Shown here: piece after piece, positions 1 to 10,039 of the stretch
Numbering within the stretch: position 1 is the stretch's first letter
Layout: each line of letters begins with the position of its first letter
DNA from: Candidatus Woesearchaeota archaeon
Lineage (GTDB): Archaea > Nanobdellota > Nanobdellia > SCGC-AAA011-G17 > JACPIM01
DNA: 64,000 nucleotides
Assembly (NCBI GenBank): GCA_964457785.1
Contig: CAYWEX010000001.1
Location: forward strand, 54,477 to 118,476
Direction: 5' to 3'
Notes under the pieces: generated by a model
Database searches by the model: none
What the model saw: the letters and a program-made list of their open reading frames with translations, nothing else
What the model was told of the DNA's origin: nothing
Position numbers and translations under genes: made by a program

Positions 1-48
1 TGGAGTTTAAGTAAGCTTTTAGGAAAAGTTTAAGTAAAAATTAAAAAA

Positions 49-228
49 ATGATGAATGAACCAGTATCAAAATTTGTAAAAGTAAGATGTCCAAAATGCA
101 AGAATGAGCAAATAATATTTGGAAAGCCATCAACAAAAGTAAAATGCTTAGTTTGTTCTTCAATATTATCTGAGCCAGAGGGCGGCAAAGGAAAAATAAA
201 AGCAAGAGTACTTGAGGTTCTTGAGTAA
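49..228 (+). CDS. rps27e: 30S ribosomal protein S27e (C4 zinc ribbon)
   Basis: 59-aa ORF missed by the ORF track (below 60 aa): MMNEPVSKFVKVRCPKCKNEQIIFGKPSTKVKCLVCSSILSEP... with a CxxC...CxxC zinc ribbon typical of S27e. Its stop overlaps the next start (taATG). Confidence 0.75.
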   Translation: MMNEPVSKFVKVRCPKCKNEQIIFGKPSTKVKCLVCSSILSEPEGGKGKIKARVLEVLE

Positions 229-1025
229 TGTTTTATAAAAAACCAGGCCTGCCAAACAGCAATGATTTTGTTTTATGTACAGTAAAAAAAATTCTACATC
301 ATTCTGTTTTTGTCAGTATAGATGAATATAATAATTTAGAAGGATTGATCAATATATCTGAAATTGCTCCTGGAAGAATAAGAAACATTAGAGACTATGT
401 AAAACCAGACAAAACAATTGTCTGCAAAGTTCTGAAAGTTAATTATCAAACAAGACAGATTGATCTTTCATTAAGAAGAGTTTCTGTAAATGCAATGAAG
501 ATTAAAATAGACGAATATAGACAAGAGGAAAAAGCGGAGAAACTACTTGAATTTATTGGAAAGCAACTTAATCTTGATATGGAAAGAATGTATAAGGAAG
601 CAGGAATAAAAATCATTGACGAGTTTGGAAGCTTACATGAATGCTTCAATAAAATAGCCAACAATGAAGAAGATATTTTAAAAAAATTAGAGATAAATGA
701 AAAGATAGCGAGCTTATTAAATAAAACAGTCAAGGAGAAAATCAAACCCCCAAGAACAAAAATAAAATTAGTTTTGGAATTAAGGAGTTTTGAATATAAT
801 GGATTGGAAAACATAAAAAATTTATTAATTAAATCAGGAAATGAATATAAAAAGAAAGTGGAAAATCTTGAAATCAGATATATAAGTGCACCAAGATATC
901 AATTAGAAATTACAACTACATCTGATATTAAAAGTGCAGAAATTCTGGGAGAGACTATTGCTAATGAAATAGTATTACAAGCTAAAAAGTCAAATATAAT
1001 TGGAAAATGGCAAAAAGCATCTTAA
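228..1025 (+). CDS. eif2a: Translation initiation factor 2 alpha subunit (aIF2-alpha), S1 domain
   Basis: N-terminal S1/OB region 'LPNSNDFVLCTVKKI...GLINISEIAPGRIRNIRDYVKP...VCKVLKVN' and overall length typical of aIF2-alpha. Confidence 0.8.
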   Translation: MFYKKPGLPNSNDFVLCTVKKILHHSVFVSIDEYNNLEGLINISEIAPGRIRNIRDYVKPDKTIVCKVLKVNYQTRQIDLSLRRVSVNAMKIKIDEYRQEEKAEKLLEFIGKQLNLDMERMYKEAGIKIIDEFGSLHECFNKIANNEEDILKKLEINEKIASLLNKTVKEKIKPPRTKIKLVLELRSFEYNGLENIKNLLIKSGNEYKKKVENLEIRYISAPRYQLEITTTSDIKSAEILGETIANEIVLQAKKSNIIGKWQKAS

Positions 1026-1168
1026 AATGTATTAAATGTCAAAATTATACATTAAAAACAGAACACTGCGGGGAAAAAACTATTAACCCAAAACCTGCTA
1101 AATACTCTCCAGAAGACAAATATCAAGAGTATAGGATAAAATACAAAAAATCACATAATAATCTTTAA
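1007..1168 (+). CDS. nop10: H/ACA RNP protein Nop10
   Basis: 53-aa ORF 'MAKSILKCIKCQNYTLKTEHCGEKTINPKPAKYSPEDKYQEYRIKYKK'. Zinc ribbon plus the PxKYSPxDKY motif is the Nop10 signature. It overlaps the end of eif2a in another frame, the usual eIF2a-nop10 linkage. Confidence 0.75.
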   Translation: MAKSILKCIKCQNYTLKTEHCGEKTINPKPAKYSPEDKYQEYRIKYKKSHNNL

Positions 1169-1181
1169 ATAGGCTTCTATC

Positions 1182-1955
1182 TTGCTAACTGAAATGGCTG
1201 AAATGAACTGGAAAATAAATCAAATAACTAAGGTTAATATGAAAAATCCTATTCTAATAGAGGGATTGCCAGGAGTTGGAAATGTAGGAAAAATAGCTGT
1301 TGACTTTATTATAGACAGCTTAAAAGCTAAAAAGGTTTTTGAAATAACTTCTTATAATTTTCCTCATTGTGTTTTTGTAAATGAAGATAATTTAGTTGAA
1401 TTGCCTGCTATTGAGATATTTCATAAAAAAATGGGCAATAATGATTTCTTATTTTTAGCAGGAGATATTCAGCCATTGGATGAAAGAAGCTGTTATGAAT
1501 TTTGTGATAATATATTAGATTTATTTGAACAATATAAAGGAAAAGAAATTATTACTTTAGGCGGGATTGCCTTAGACAGAATACCAAAACAGTCCAGAGT
1601 TTACTGCACAGGAACTAATCCCAAGATAATTAAAAGATACCAGACTAATGTTGTAAATAATATTTATGGAGTAATCGGACCTATTATTGGTGTTTCTGGT
1701 TTATTAACTGGACTAGCAAGAAGAAGAAATCTAGATGCTGTTTCAATATTGGCTGAAACTTTTGGACATCCGACTTATTTAGGTGTAAAGAGTGCTAAAG
1801 AAATATTGAAAGTCCTTAATAGCAAACTGCATTTACATTTAGATGTTGAATTACTAGATAAAGAAGTCAATGAAATTGAAAAAGAAATTGCTGAAAAAAC
1901 AAATAAAATTTCTAAACCTACAAAAACAAAGAGAGATGTAAGTTATATTGGGTGA
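1182..1955 (+). CDS. PAC2-family protein (proteasome assembly chaperone-like)
   Basis: Motif 'NPILIEGLPGVGNVGKIA' near the N-terminus, as in PAC2/COG1938. A paralog lies at 47495..48187. The true start may be an internal Met (~1239). Confidence 0.5.
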   Translation: MLTEMAEMNWKINQITKVNMKNPILIEGLPGVGNVGKIAVDFIIDSLKAKKVFEITSYNFPHCVFVNEDNLVELPAIEIFHKKMGNNDFLFLAGDIQPLDERSCYEFCDNILDLFEQYKGKEIITLGGIALDRIPKQSRVYCTGTNPKIIKRYQTNVVNNIYGVIGPIIGVSGLLTGLARRRNLDAVSILAETFGHPTYLGVKSAKEILKVLNSKLHLHLDVELLDKEVNEIEKEIAEKTNKISKPTKTKRDVSYIG

Positions 1956-2159
1956 GATAAATTTTATTTAAACTATTGTGGGCTTTGGTTTTGTTTTTAT
2001 TAGGGTTAAGTGCATTAAATAATTATTTTAACTTATTTTTTAATTTGATTTATTTGGATGACAGAACATTGATGCTTTTAAATGGGATTTTTTTGATTAT
2101 AGCTGGATTGATAATACTTACACAAAGGATGCTTTTAAAGTTTCACGAGAATTTTTAAT

Positions 2160-3440
2160 TTAATGACTGTAAGAATCCAAACCTTTTTGGGTTTCTTCTA
2201 ATATTTTAGAAGCTTTTTTAATTTCTTTTATTTTTGGAACTTCATTATTAAAATATGGAATCCCATAATTTCCGTCAAATCCAGCCACATACTTAACTTT
2301 ACCATTCCTTATATTTATTACTGCTTCAGCTATCTTTTCATGAGTTACTTTTTTTAAATCTTCAAAATTAACATCCATAAGTATATTAAACTCAGTATTG
2401 AATTTTGAGATTAGGGAATGATATTCATTTAAAACTGTTTTTGTATTTACTCCTTTTTTTAAAATTAAAGATATTAAATCAGCAAGAGGAACAAAACTAT
2501 AAAATTTTTTTGCATCTTTTTTAATATGGTTTTCAGGCCTGTCAGCTAATGTTTCTATTCTGCTTAATACTCCTATTGTTAATTCTTGTCTGCATTTTGG
2601 ACAAATATTGTTATATTTTTTAGATTCTTCTGGCGAGAATGAAATACCACAATTTCTATGGCCATCAAAATGATATTTACCATAATTAGGATCTACCTCT
2701 ATTGTACCAGCAATGCCTTCTCCAGTTCTAATAGCCTCTAAAATGGTTTTATAACTTAAATTTTTCAAGTCAAAAATTGTAGCTTCTCTCCCAAGTCTAT
2801 GCGAATGATAAGAATGAGGATCGGAAAAACTAACTAAATTTAATTTATCGAAATTTGAAACTCTGTTTAACATTGGAGGGTCTGCAGATAATCCTGTTTC
2901 TACAGCATGAATATATTTTGATTTTTCTTTAAAACATTGTTCTATTGAATCAAATCCTGTTTTACTGCCAAAAATTCCAAAAAAAGGAGTAAGTGCGTGC
3001 GCAGGAATAATTTCTATTTGATCTGAAATTGATCTCAGCATATCAACTAATTCTATACTTGAAAAACCAAAAATAGGTCTACCATTATAATCTAATCTGC
3101 CTTTTTTTAAGAAAGAGTCAATGACTTGAATAACTACTTCTTTATTTGGCATTAAAATTACATGGTGTATTCTTCTGCCTTTTCCATCTTGAGTATACAT
3201 TAAAGAAATCTCAGTTTGCCAAATAAATGGAAATTTATCTTTTGTCCATAATATTCCATTTCCATCTTCAGTTAATTCAGAAGTAATGCTTTGAAACCAT
3301 TTTGGATGAAGAGCATCACCAGTACCAAGAACATCTAGACCTTTAAGTTTTGCATTGTCAGCAAGCTTTTGTATAGTAGTTTGTTTACTACAAGCCATAG
3401 CATGTGGTCCGTGAATGTGGAAATCACCAATTATTTTCAT
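2160..3440 (-). CDS. endoQ: Endonuclease Q-like PHP-domain nuclease with C-terminal zinc ribbon
   Basis: Motifs 'DFHIHGPHAMACS', 'LGTGDALHP', 'GLSADPP', 'DPHSYHSHRLGRE', 'GKYHFDG' and 'CPKCRQE'. Length ~426 aa matches EndoQ architecture. Confidence 0.55.
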   Translation of the reverse strand: MKIIGDFHIHGPHAMACSKQTTIQKLADNAKLKGLDVLGTGDALHPKWFQSITSELTEDGNGILWTKDKFPFIWQTEISLMYTQDGKGRRIHHVILMPNKEVVIQVIDSFLKKGRLDYNGRPIFGFSSIELVDMLRSISDQIEIIPAHALTPFFGIFGSKTGFDSIEQCFKEKSKYIHAVETGLSADPPMLNRVSNFDKLNLVSFSDPHSYHSHRLGREATIFDLKNLSYKTILEAIRTGEGIAGTIEVDPNYGKYHFDGHRNCGISFSPEESKKYNNICPKCRQELTIGVLSRIETLADRPENHIKKDAKKFYSFVPLADLISLILKKGVNTKTVLNEYHSLISKFNTEFNILMDVNFEDLKKVTHEKIAEAVINIRNGKVKYVAGFDGNYGIPYFNNEVPKIKEIKKASKILEETQKGLDSYSH

Positions 3441-3486
3441 ATTAACTAAGAATTTGAGATTGATTTATAATAATTTAGGTAAATTA

Positions 3487-3705
3487 TCAGAATGATTTTT
3501 CAAAGATTTTCTGGACTTTTTTTCCGAAATAATAGTAGTTTATTATCAGGATAACAATTGCAAACAACATCCAAAGTTCAGAGTCAATGTTGTATGGATC
3601 AATAGCTACATTTTGCACCAAGTAAACAGCAATACTAAACCCAAGAATTAAAGCACAGAAAGCAAGAAGATTATAAAAAATAAAGATTTCCTGATTTTTT
3701 CTCAT
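3487..3705 (-). CDS. small membrane protein (2 TM)
   Basis: 72-aa ORF with two hydrophobic segments. The stop overlaps the start of the neighbouring gene. Confidence 0.3.
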   Translation of the reverse strand: MRKNQEIFIFYNLLAFCALILGFSIAVYLVQNVAIDPYNIDSELWMLFAIVILIINYYYFGKKVQKIFEKSF

Positions 3706-4652
3706 TGCTCTGAGTTCAACACAGTAATTTGTTTTTCTATTGAACCTTTATAGAAATAAGACAAGACTATATTAACTGGTTCTTCAAAAGCAGTTTCCTG
3801 CAGATTAGAAGTTGGAATATCGCAGTTTATTGTTTTTTCATTTAATGCTAATTTAATTATTCCTTTATTAGAGTCCTGCATTTGGGAGCATTTTATATTA
3901 ACTCCTGATGACGGGGAAGAAACTTCAACATGCAATCTGTTTTTTTCTGAAGAAACATCTGTGCATTTATCTGAAAAAGTTTGTGGGGGATAAATGTCGC
4001 CTTTCCCCTGATTTACAATTTTAAAAGTTAATTTTATTTCCTGAGCTGCAGCACTTCTTTGCTTTACATCTTTTATTTGCACTGGGGCTGAAGAAGTTTC
4101 TGTAACAACAGAATCAGAGAGAACTGAACATTTGTCTTCCAATACTTTTTCAACTGCTTTTCTTTTCAAGCAAACTTTTGAAATTGATTTTGTCTTATAT
4201 TCATAACAAACATCTACTCTTAGTGAAGTTGGAAAATCTGCATTTAAATCGTGCTTGTAATTGGCTTCATCAAATTGTATTTCTTCAGGTGAATTCTCAA
4301 TTATCTGATCTCCTGATTTTACTTTTCCTTCCAAAGGAATTGCTAATTTTGCATGTAAAGATGACAATGAAAAAGATTCCTGATTTATTCCAGACAATGA
4401 AGCTATAACTTTATTTGCTGGAATTTCATACTCTCCCTTATTTTGCACTTTTAATCCGATGAAAAAAGGCTCTTCTAAGTTATCCAATACTTTTGCAGGA
4501 GGCTGGCCCTCAATAAAAGAAAAATCTAGAGCATCTAGGCCACCAATAAAAATCCCTAATGTCTTTTTATCTTTTTTTTGCGTTCCTGTACAACCTACAA
4601 TAAATAAAGATAATAGTATTACTAAAATTAACACACTCTTTTTATTCATCAT
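3702..4652 (-). CDS. secreted or surface protein with class-III-like ('MNKKS' + hydrophobic) N-terminus, also lipobox-like
   Basis: N-terminus 'MMNKKSVLILVILLSLFIVGCTG'. Cys-rich extracellular part. Paralog of 4709..5659 (same 316-aa length, shared C-terminal 'SYFYKG/SYEYPYK'). Confidence 0.5.
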   Translation of the reverse strand: MMNKKSVLILVILLSLFIVGCTGTQKKDKKTLGIFIGGLDALDFSFIEGQPPAKVLDNLEEPFFIGLKVQNKGEYEIPANKVIASLSGINQESFSLSSLHAKLAIPLEGKVKSGDQIIENSPEEIQFDEANYKHDLNADFPTSLRVDVCYEYKTKSISKVCLKRKAVEKVLEDKCSVLSDSVVTETSSAPVQIKDVKQRSAAAQEIKLTFKIVNQGKGDIYPPQTFSDKCTDVSSEKNRLHVEVSSPSSGVNIKCSQMQDSNKGIIKLALNEKTINCDIPTSNLQETAFEEPVNIVLSYFYKGSIEKQITVLNSEQ

Positions 4653-4708
4653 ATCACTATAGTTTTAGAACTAATTATTATTTAAATAGTTTACTTTTAT
4701 TGGTTTTA

Positions 4709-5659
4709 TTAAATTTCCAATTTTGTTACTTTTATAGGACCCAGAGTTTCTATTATCTTGTAAGGATATTCATAGGAAATTTCAAGCACTAAGTCTTCTC
4801 TAATTGTATCTTCATCTATTGATATTTCTGATGTACAAGTGATTGTTCTTTCTCCTTCTTTTAATGATATTCTGTCTTTATTTGAACAGGTTAAAGCTGA
4901 TTCTCCCTGCAAATTTATGTAAAATGAATTAAGAACTTGATCTTCATTGTCTATTTTTCCATTTCCTTTATTTTTTAAGAATATTTTTAAATTTAAAGTT
5001 GTAAAACCCTCGTCTGGAATTATGGTTTTCTCTATTTTTGAAATTTTTATAGGGCCCAAGTTTGTTCTTTTTTCAAAACTTGAGATTGTTTCTTTATTCG
5101 GGCATCTTAATTCCTGAGAATTACTTGATTTTACACATAATTGAGTATTTACAATTGTATTATGATTTGTTATTATTTCAGTTATAAAATTAGTTGTCAT
5201 TCCCTTGAAAGCTTTTTGTTCTTCATAAACATAAGGGCCAAAAGTAATCTTTTCTATTGAAGGAAGAACTCTAGTTTCCAATAATTCTGCAGATCCCAAG
5301 TAGAAGCTTTGTTCTTCTTTTCCTTGCAAAGAACCATATTCATCTGAAGGAGTATCTGATAATTTTACTGTTCCTGTAACTGCTTCTGGATCATTATTTG
5401 ACAATTCTAAAGAAACTTTAAAGTTTTGACCAGCTATGATTTCATCTAATGGGGGTTGATTTTCCAAGAATCTTATTGTCAATCCTTTACTTTCTGTCAC
5501 TACTTTTTCTTTTGGATTTATTACTGGCAGATTAGGCAATCTATTTTTTAGATTTAAATCACCACCTGGGATTTGAGTACAACCAGAAATAATTAAAATT
5601 GAAATTACAAATAGTATGATTAAACCTCTTTTCATTATTCTTTTATTTTTCATTAACAT
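4709..5659 (-). CDS. secreted or surface protein, paralog of 3702..4652
   Basis: N-terminus 'MKRGLIILFVISILIISGCTQ' (KRG + hydrophobic), 316 aa, similar domain order. Confidence 0.5.
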   Translation of the reverse strand: MLMKNKRIMKRGLIILFVISILIISGCTQIPGGDLNLKNRLPNLPVINPKEKVVTESKGLTIRFLENQPPLDEIIAGQNFKVSLELSNNDPEAVTGTVKLSDTPSDEYGSLQGKEEQSFYLGSAELLETRVLPSIEKITFGPYVYEEQKAFKGMTTNFITEIITNHNTIVNTQLCVKSSNSQELRCPNKETISSFEKRTNLGPIKISKIEKTIIPDEGFTTLNLKIFLKNKGNGKIDNEDQVLNSFYINLQGESALTCSNKDRISLKEGERTITCTSEISIDEDTIREDLVLEISYEYPYKIIETLGPIKVTKLEI

Positions 5660-5671
5660 ATAAATACCTTT

Positions 5672-7126
5672 CTAACTAATTGGAAGAGTTGGTGACAAGG
5701 CTGAATTTGAAATTGTTGCAGCTGCATAAGCTTCAAAATCATAATCAAATTTAGCTTCAGCTTCAATAAAAGCATAATCTAAAGAGTCTGTTACAGCTGA
5801 CGAATCTAAGGTTATTTCGCAGTATAATCTTTCTTTATCTATTTTTTCAGGAGTATTTATTTTTGCTTCATTTAATTTATTTAATTCAGCTTGATTAAAT
5901 ATTAAAGTATTATCTCCTGAAAGTCTAAATCCCTTACATTCATCTTGATTTTCAAATGAAAAGCCTTGTGGTAGTTTTATTTTTAATTCTTTAAGAGCTG
6001 CAATTTTTCCATTCCACAACTTATCATTAGATAATTCAATACCTAGTAAATAGGAGCGATCTGATGTTAATGGCTGGGCATCCAACAAAGTCAAGATTAA
6101 AACTCCTGGGCTTTGAGATAATTGTTCTGATCTTACAGACTGGTCATTATTAGATACTAAAGGGTCACTAATTTTAAAATAATTAAATGGATTGATATTT
6201 TCAGATTCTAATTTTTCAAAAGTTGAAGACTCCAGAGTATAAATCTTTAATCTGGAATTTACTTTAAAATCTTCATAGGTAGCTGTTAAAGTAAGTTTTC
6301 TTTGAACTGTTTGTTTCTTTGCTGAGGCAAGATCAGCAGTAATGTCAATTGGACTAAATTTACACTCCACATTTTTATTTATTTCTCTTTTTTCAGATAC
6401 AGTAACTTTAGGTTCATTTTCTCCAAAAACTTTAATTTCTTTTGCTGGAATTGATTGTGTTTCTCCAACAACTCCAACTAAAGTATTAGCTACATTTCTG
6501 GTTGTTGCAACATCTTCAAGCTTACAATTAAAAGTAACTGTTGTTGGATTATCTTCCAACCCATAAATTTTAACATTAGCTACTGTTTCAATTTCTTCTC
6601 CTGATTTATGAATTGGTCTTTTTGTTTCAAATTTTCTAAATTCAACTCCCTGCGGTTTTCTTTTTTCAACTGTTTCTGGAGGTTTAAAAGTTCCAAATTG
6701 CGCTATTGTTCCAACTGGATCTTTATAAAAATTATAAATTGGAGTTATAATTGCTTTTATTGGTGTGCTTGAATATAAAACAGACAACTGTGTACCAAAA
6801 ACAGAAACTCCTCCGCCAGTAAGCAAACTATAGAGAAAAGCCCAACCAAATGAAACTATAAATAAAATAAATAATAAAAGAATAATTTTTCCTACATAAG
6901 GAATTTTAAGGATACCAGCAATTATTTTAAAAGGCAGAAAGAAAATTTTTTTTAAATCTGGATGTTCTAAATCATCAACAATTTGTCCTAAAAAACTTTC
7001 TTTGAATTTTCTTTTCTTTTCTTCTTTTTCAGATTTTTCTCTCTGAGACCTATAATGTTTTTCCTGTTCGCTTTCGCTTGCTTCTTCTTTCGCTTCTTCT
7101 TTAGGTTTATCAGAATCTTCAATCAT
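5672..7126 (-). CDS. membrane-anchored protein with highly charged N-terminal region
   Basis: 484 aa. KE-rich N-terminus, then TM helices ('IILLLFILFIVSFGWAFLYSLL'), then a large extracellular domain. Part of the 3.7-8.3 kb surface-protein cluster. Confidence 0.45.
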   Translation of the reverse strand: MIEDSDKPKEEAKEEASESEQEKHYRSQREKSEKEEKKRKFKESFLGQIVDDLEHPDLKKIFFLPFKIIAGILKIPYVGKIILLLFILFIVSFGWAFLYSLLTGGGVSVFGTQLSVLYSSTPIKAIITPIYNFYKDPVGTIAQFGTFKPPETVEKRKPQGVEFRKFETKRPIHKSGEEIETVANVKIYGLEDNPTTVTFNCKLEDVATTRNVANTLVGVVGETQSIPAKEIKVFGENEPKVTVSEKREINKNVECKFSPIDITADLASAKKQTVQRKLTLTATYEDFKVNSRLKIYTLESSTFEKLESENINPFNYFKISDPLVSNNDQSVRSEQLSQSPGVLILTLLDAQPLTSDRSYLLGIELSNDKLWNGKIAALKELKIKLPQGFSFENQDECKGFRLSGDNTLIFNQAELNKLNEAKINTPEKIDKERLYCEITLDSSAVTDSLDYAFIEAEAKFDYDFEAYAAATISNSALSPTLPIS

Positions 7127-7153
7127 TACTTACCTCTTTTTAATATAAAAAAT

Positions 7154-8335
7154 TTATTTTGAAAATACTTCCAATGAAACAATTTCAAATTCATTCTTTG
7201 GTATTATTTTTATAAAATTTTCATCTTCTTTTAAAAATGCACTTATATCTTTTGAAAAGACATTTCTTTCTGTATCTAAAGTAATTGTATTTGAATTTAC
7301 TAATATTGTTGCTGAACTTCTTTCATCTTCCTCGTTTGGAACTAAGTGCAGTCTTAATGTAAACTCTTCATTCAAGTCTTCTTCGTTTAAATCAAAGAAA
7401 TATGTAGGGGATTTTCTTTTTTCAAGTTCAACTTCTAATTCAACCTGCTCAAGTATAAAGTCACCATAATTTTTTTCAAAAGCCAATGTGTTTTGCTCTT
7501 CTTCAAAATAAGATCTAGGAACAACAAATTCCTGCTGGGCAGCATCACAAATTATTTGGGCTGAATGGACATTAAACTGATTTAGGAAGACTTTCAATAG
7601 TCCTTGAGATTCAGTGTCTTTTAAGCAATTAATGAAATAAGACAGGGTTGCTTTTTTTATTTTTCCTTTATTTAAAGAAAATGATCTTGATTCCTGCACA
7701 TTTTCAGAAGTTTCTTCTATAACTAATTTTACATCTTTTAATTCATATCTATTTACAGATAAAAATTTCCAGCTAGGTGAAGAAGCTTCAAATCTTAATG
7801 TATTTTCTGTTTTTAAATTTGAAACTGGAAGTTCTAAAGGCAGAATATCCGATGATGGAGAACCTTTGAAAGCTAACTTTCCATTTACATAAATCAATAA
7901 AGAACCTTTGTTGTTTATTGTATTGAAAAAAAGTCTTAATTTATTTGTATTTTCTGGATTAATAATTGTAAAGCTTAAGTCTTGATAATTGCTGTTAAAC
8001 AAATTTCTGGAAACAGAAACTAAGTTTGATAAATGAGCTATTTTTTGAGATGTTTTTGAGAATAGATTTATTGATGGAATTTTTACTGTTTCTTTATCTT
8101 TTGTTTCTGGAAATAACAAACCAGGAGATTCTAATAGTAATGTTTTTCCTTCTGTTCTTTCCCCTGTTCCTCTAGGAGAAAAATCATTATCAATTTCCCT
8201 TCCTTCAAGAATGTCTCTTTGAGCTTCTGGCGGTATTAAGAACATATAAAGAATGATAAGAATAGCCATAAGGATTATAAGGCCTGTAACGTGTATTGTT
8301 TCTGATTCTACAGCCCCTCTCTTACCTTTAATCAT
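7154..8335 (-). CDS. secreted or surface protein, class-III-like N-terminus
   Basis: N-terminus 'MIKGKRGAVESETIHVTGLIILMAILIILYMFLI'. 393 aa. Confidence 0.45.
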   Translation of the reverse strand: MIKGKRGAVESETIHVTGLIILMAILIILYMFLIPPEAQRDILEGREIDNDFSPRGTGERTEGKTLLLESPGLLFPETKDKETVKIPSINLFSKTSQKIAHLSNLVSVSRNLFNSNYQDLSFTIINPENTNKLRLFFNTINNKGSLLIYVNGKLAFKGSPSSDILPLELPVSNLKTENTLRFEASSPSWKFLSVNRYELKDVKLVIEETSENVQESRSFSLNKGKIKKATLSYFINCLKDTESQGLLKVFLNQFNVHSAQIICDAAQQEFVVPRSYFEEEQNTLAFEKNYGDFILEQVELEVELEKRKSPTYFFDLNEEDLNEEFTLRLHLVPNEEDERSSATILVNSNTITLDTERNVFSKDISAFLKEDENFIKIIPKNEFEIVSLEVFSK

Positions 8336-8530
8336 TTGTTAAATAAGGAAATCTGATTTATATAAAGCTTACGAGAAAAGGCTGAATTTTAGCTTATTTG
8401 TAGTTATTGGAAGGTAATAACAATACCGAAAGATTTATAAATATGTTATTTCTTTAAAGTAGTAATAAAAATATCAATTTTAAGGTTTGTAAAAACCTTA
8501 AATTGTTCAAAATAATATGGAGGAAAAATT

Positions 8531-8914
8531 ATGGCAACATTAGCAGAATATATGGCTACTTTAGGGACAATGACTCCTGGCGAAGTTTTAAAAACAGCAG
8601 CTAAAAAGTCATTGTATGTAATTGTTCCAGTAGCAGCTTTAGCAGCAACTTTTGGAGCTGGAAGATATACTGCACCTAGTACAGTTGAAAAAGGAAATGC
8701 AACAATTCAAGGTGTAGAAATGTTCAAGTTCAATGATTTTATCTTAAAACAAGAAGGCGCTGAAGTTAAAGTTGTTAAAGTGGATGAAAGCAATAGAGAA
8801 ACTTATTCTCAATTGTTAAACAAAGAAGGCCAAGTTCTAGAATTACGTGTTTTAGGAACAGAGTCTTCAATAGTAGAAAATCCTACAAGAACAGCTAAAT
8901 TAGTTTTTAAATAA
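8531..8914 (+). CDS. hypothetical small secreted protein
   Basis: 127-aa ORF with a GGAGG-like motif upstream. It carries 'AAKKSLYVIVPVAALAATFGAG' (KKS + hydrophobic). Confidence 0.4.
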   Translation: MATLAEYMATLGTMTPGEVLKTAAKKSLYVIVPVAALAATFGAGRYTAPSTVEKGNATIQGVEMFKFNDFILKQEGAEVKVVKVDESNRETYSQLLNKEGQVLELRVLGTESSIVENPTRTAKLVFK

Positions 8915-8962
8915 GAGATTAAAGGAAGAAATTCCTTTCTCTATTTTTTCTTTTTAAATTTT

Positions 8963-10039
8963 TTAAATTAAATATTTTGCAAAAGAAATTAATCTAGGTT
9001 CATTAATCAGAAGTCTGAATAATAATTTAGATGGGAAATCCCTGTCATAAGTTTCCAGGATATTTTTAACATTGGCTTTTTTTACCAAATAGATTAACTT
9101 ATCAAGATCATTTTCTGACAATTTATCAAGAACTTTTCTTATCCAGAGATTATATCTTAATTCTCTTCTTAATGAACTAAGAAGCCATTTGTAATTTTTA
9201 TTTTCCAAGATTGCCTTTGATAAATGCTGAGAAGCTATCAGACCTTGAATTATTCCACCATGACTTGGATTTTTAGTGTGACAGGCAGCATCCCCAATAA
9301 GGAAAACTCTTTGATTTTGCAGTTTTTGCTTAGGATCATACATTGGAATTACACCTGACTGGTATTCACGTATTTTTGTATGGGGGGCTCTTTTGCTTAA
9401 CAAAGACCTGAAAAAGAAATTTGAATTTTTATAAGAAGCTGTACCTATTCTTGCAATATTATTATCTTCAGGCACTAACCAGCCAAAATATCCTTCTCCA
9501 ACATAAACTTCAATTACTTCTGGATCTTCAACAGGCAAGGTTACTCTTGCCTGAATGCCTATCATGAATTTTCTGTTATTGTAAATATTTACTGATTTAG
9601 CTACTTGGCTAAAAGGACCATCTGCACCAACCAAGTAATCTGTTTTGAAAATCTTATTATTAGCCATAAACTCTACACTATCTTTATTTAATTTGCAAGT
9701 TTCAAACCTATGATTTAAGAAAAATTTAGCTCCTGAATCTTCTGCTTTTTCTGCAATAAATCTGTCAAATTTCATTCTGTCCAAAACTAAATTAGGATTT
9801 TTGAAATTTATTTCAACAGAATGATTTCTTGAAAATACCTTAAAGCTTTTTATTTTATTTACAATTACTTTTTCTGGTATTTTTATTATCTGATTTATAG
9901 AATCTGTAACCAGGCCGGTACATTGGACTGGATTTCCAATTGTTTTATGGTCTTCATATACATTAACTTCCTGTCTTTTTTTAGCCAGTAAATAAGCTAA
10001 ATGACTTCCAGCTGGGCCTGCCCCTATAATTGATATCAT
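8963..10039 (-). CDS. Geranylgeranyl reductase family FAD-dependent oxidoreductase
   Basis: N-terminal FAD fold 'ISIIGAGPAGSHLAYLLAKK', 'VYEDH...G' and a C-terminal 'GDAACHTKNPSHGGI' motif. Confidence 0.7.
   Translation of the reverse strand: MISIIGAGPAGSHLAYLLAKKRQEVNVYEDHKTIGNPVQCTGLVTDSINQIIKIPEKVIVNKIKSFKVFSRNHSVEINFKNPNLVLDRMKFDRFIAEKAEDSGAKFFLNHRFETCKLNKDSVEFMANNKIFKTDYLVGADGPFSQVAKSVNIYNNRKFMIGIQARVTLPVEDPEVIEVYVGEGYFGWLVPEDNNIARIGTASYKNSNFFFRSLLSKRAPHTKIREYQSGVIPMYDPKQKLQNQRVFLIGDAACHTKNPSHGGIIQGLIASQHLSKAILENKNYKWLLSSLRRELRYNLWIRKVLDKLSENDLDKLIYLVKKANVKNILETYDRDFPSKLLFRLLINEPRLISFAKYLI

Noticed and set aside
446-814. 122-aa minus-strand ORF inside eif2a
   Set aside because: It is antisense to a well-supported conserved gene. 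It is hydrophobic and low-complexity, as expected from AT-rich antisense frames. The same reasoning applies to 4178..4408, 4459..4662, 6342..6566, 11893..12147, 14447..14722, 15208..15660, 15908..16117, 16298..16534, 19136..19411, 19755..19943, 20095..20301, 20787..20978, 22367..22570, 23235..23420, 23932..24141, 27292..27561, 28286..28528, 30842..31120, 31714..31926, 31987..32184, 32527..33009, 34179..34418, 34342..34560, 35670..35975, 36947..37132, 38414..38608, 38891..39073, 39861..40058, 40351..40572, 42429..42623, 42804..43037, 44479..44661, 46232..46414, 46513..46710, 49516..49737, 55740..55979, 56964..57410, 57417..57599, 57648..58004, 59075..59362, 59961..60209, 60291..60608, 60927..61235, 61939..62181, 61947..62165.
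1976-2158. 60-aa ORF with TTG start
   Set aside because: Short hydrophobic ORF between convergent genes that needs a non-ATG start. It may be real but has no support.
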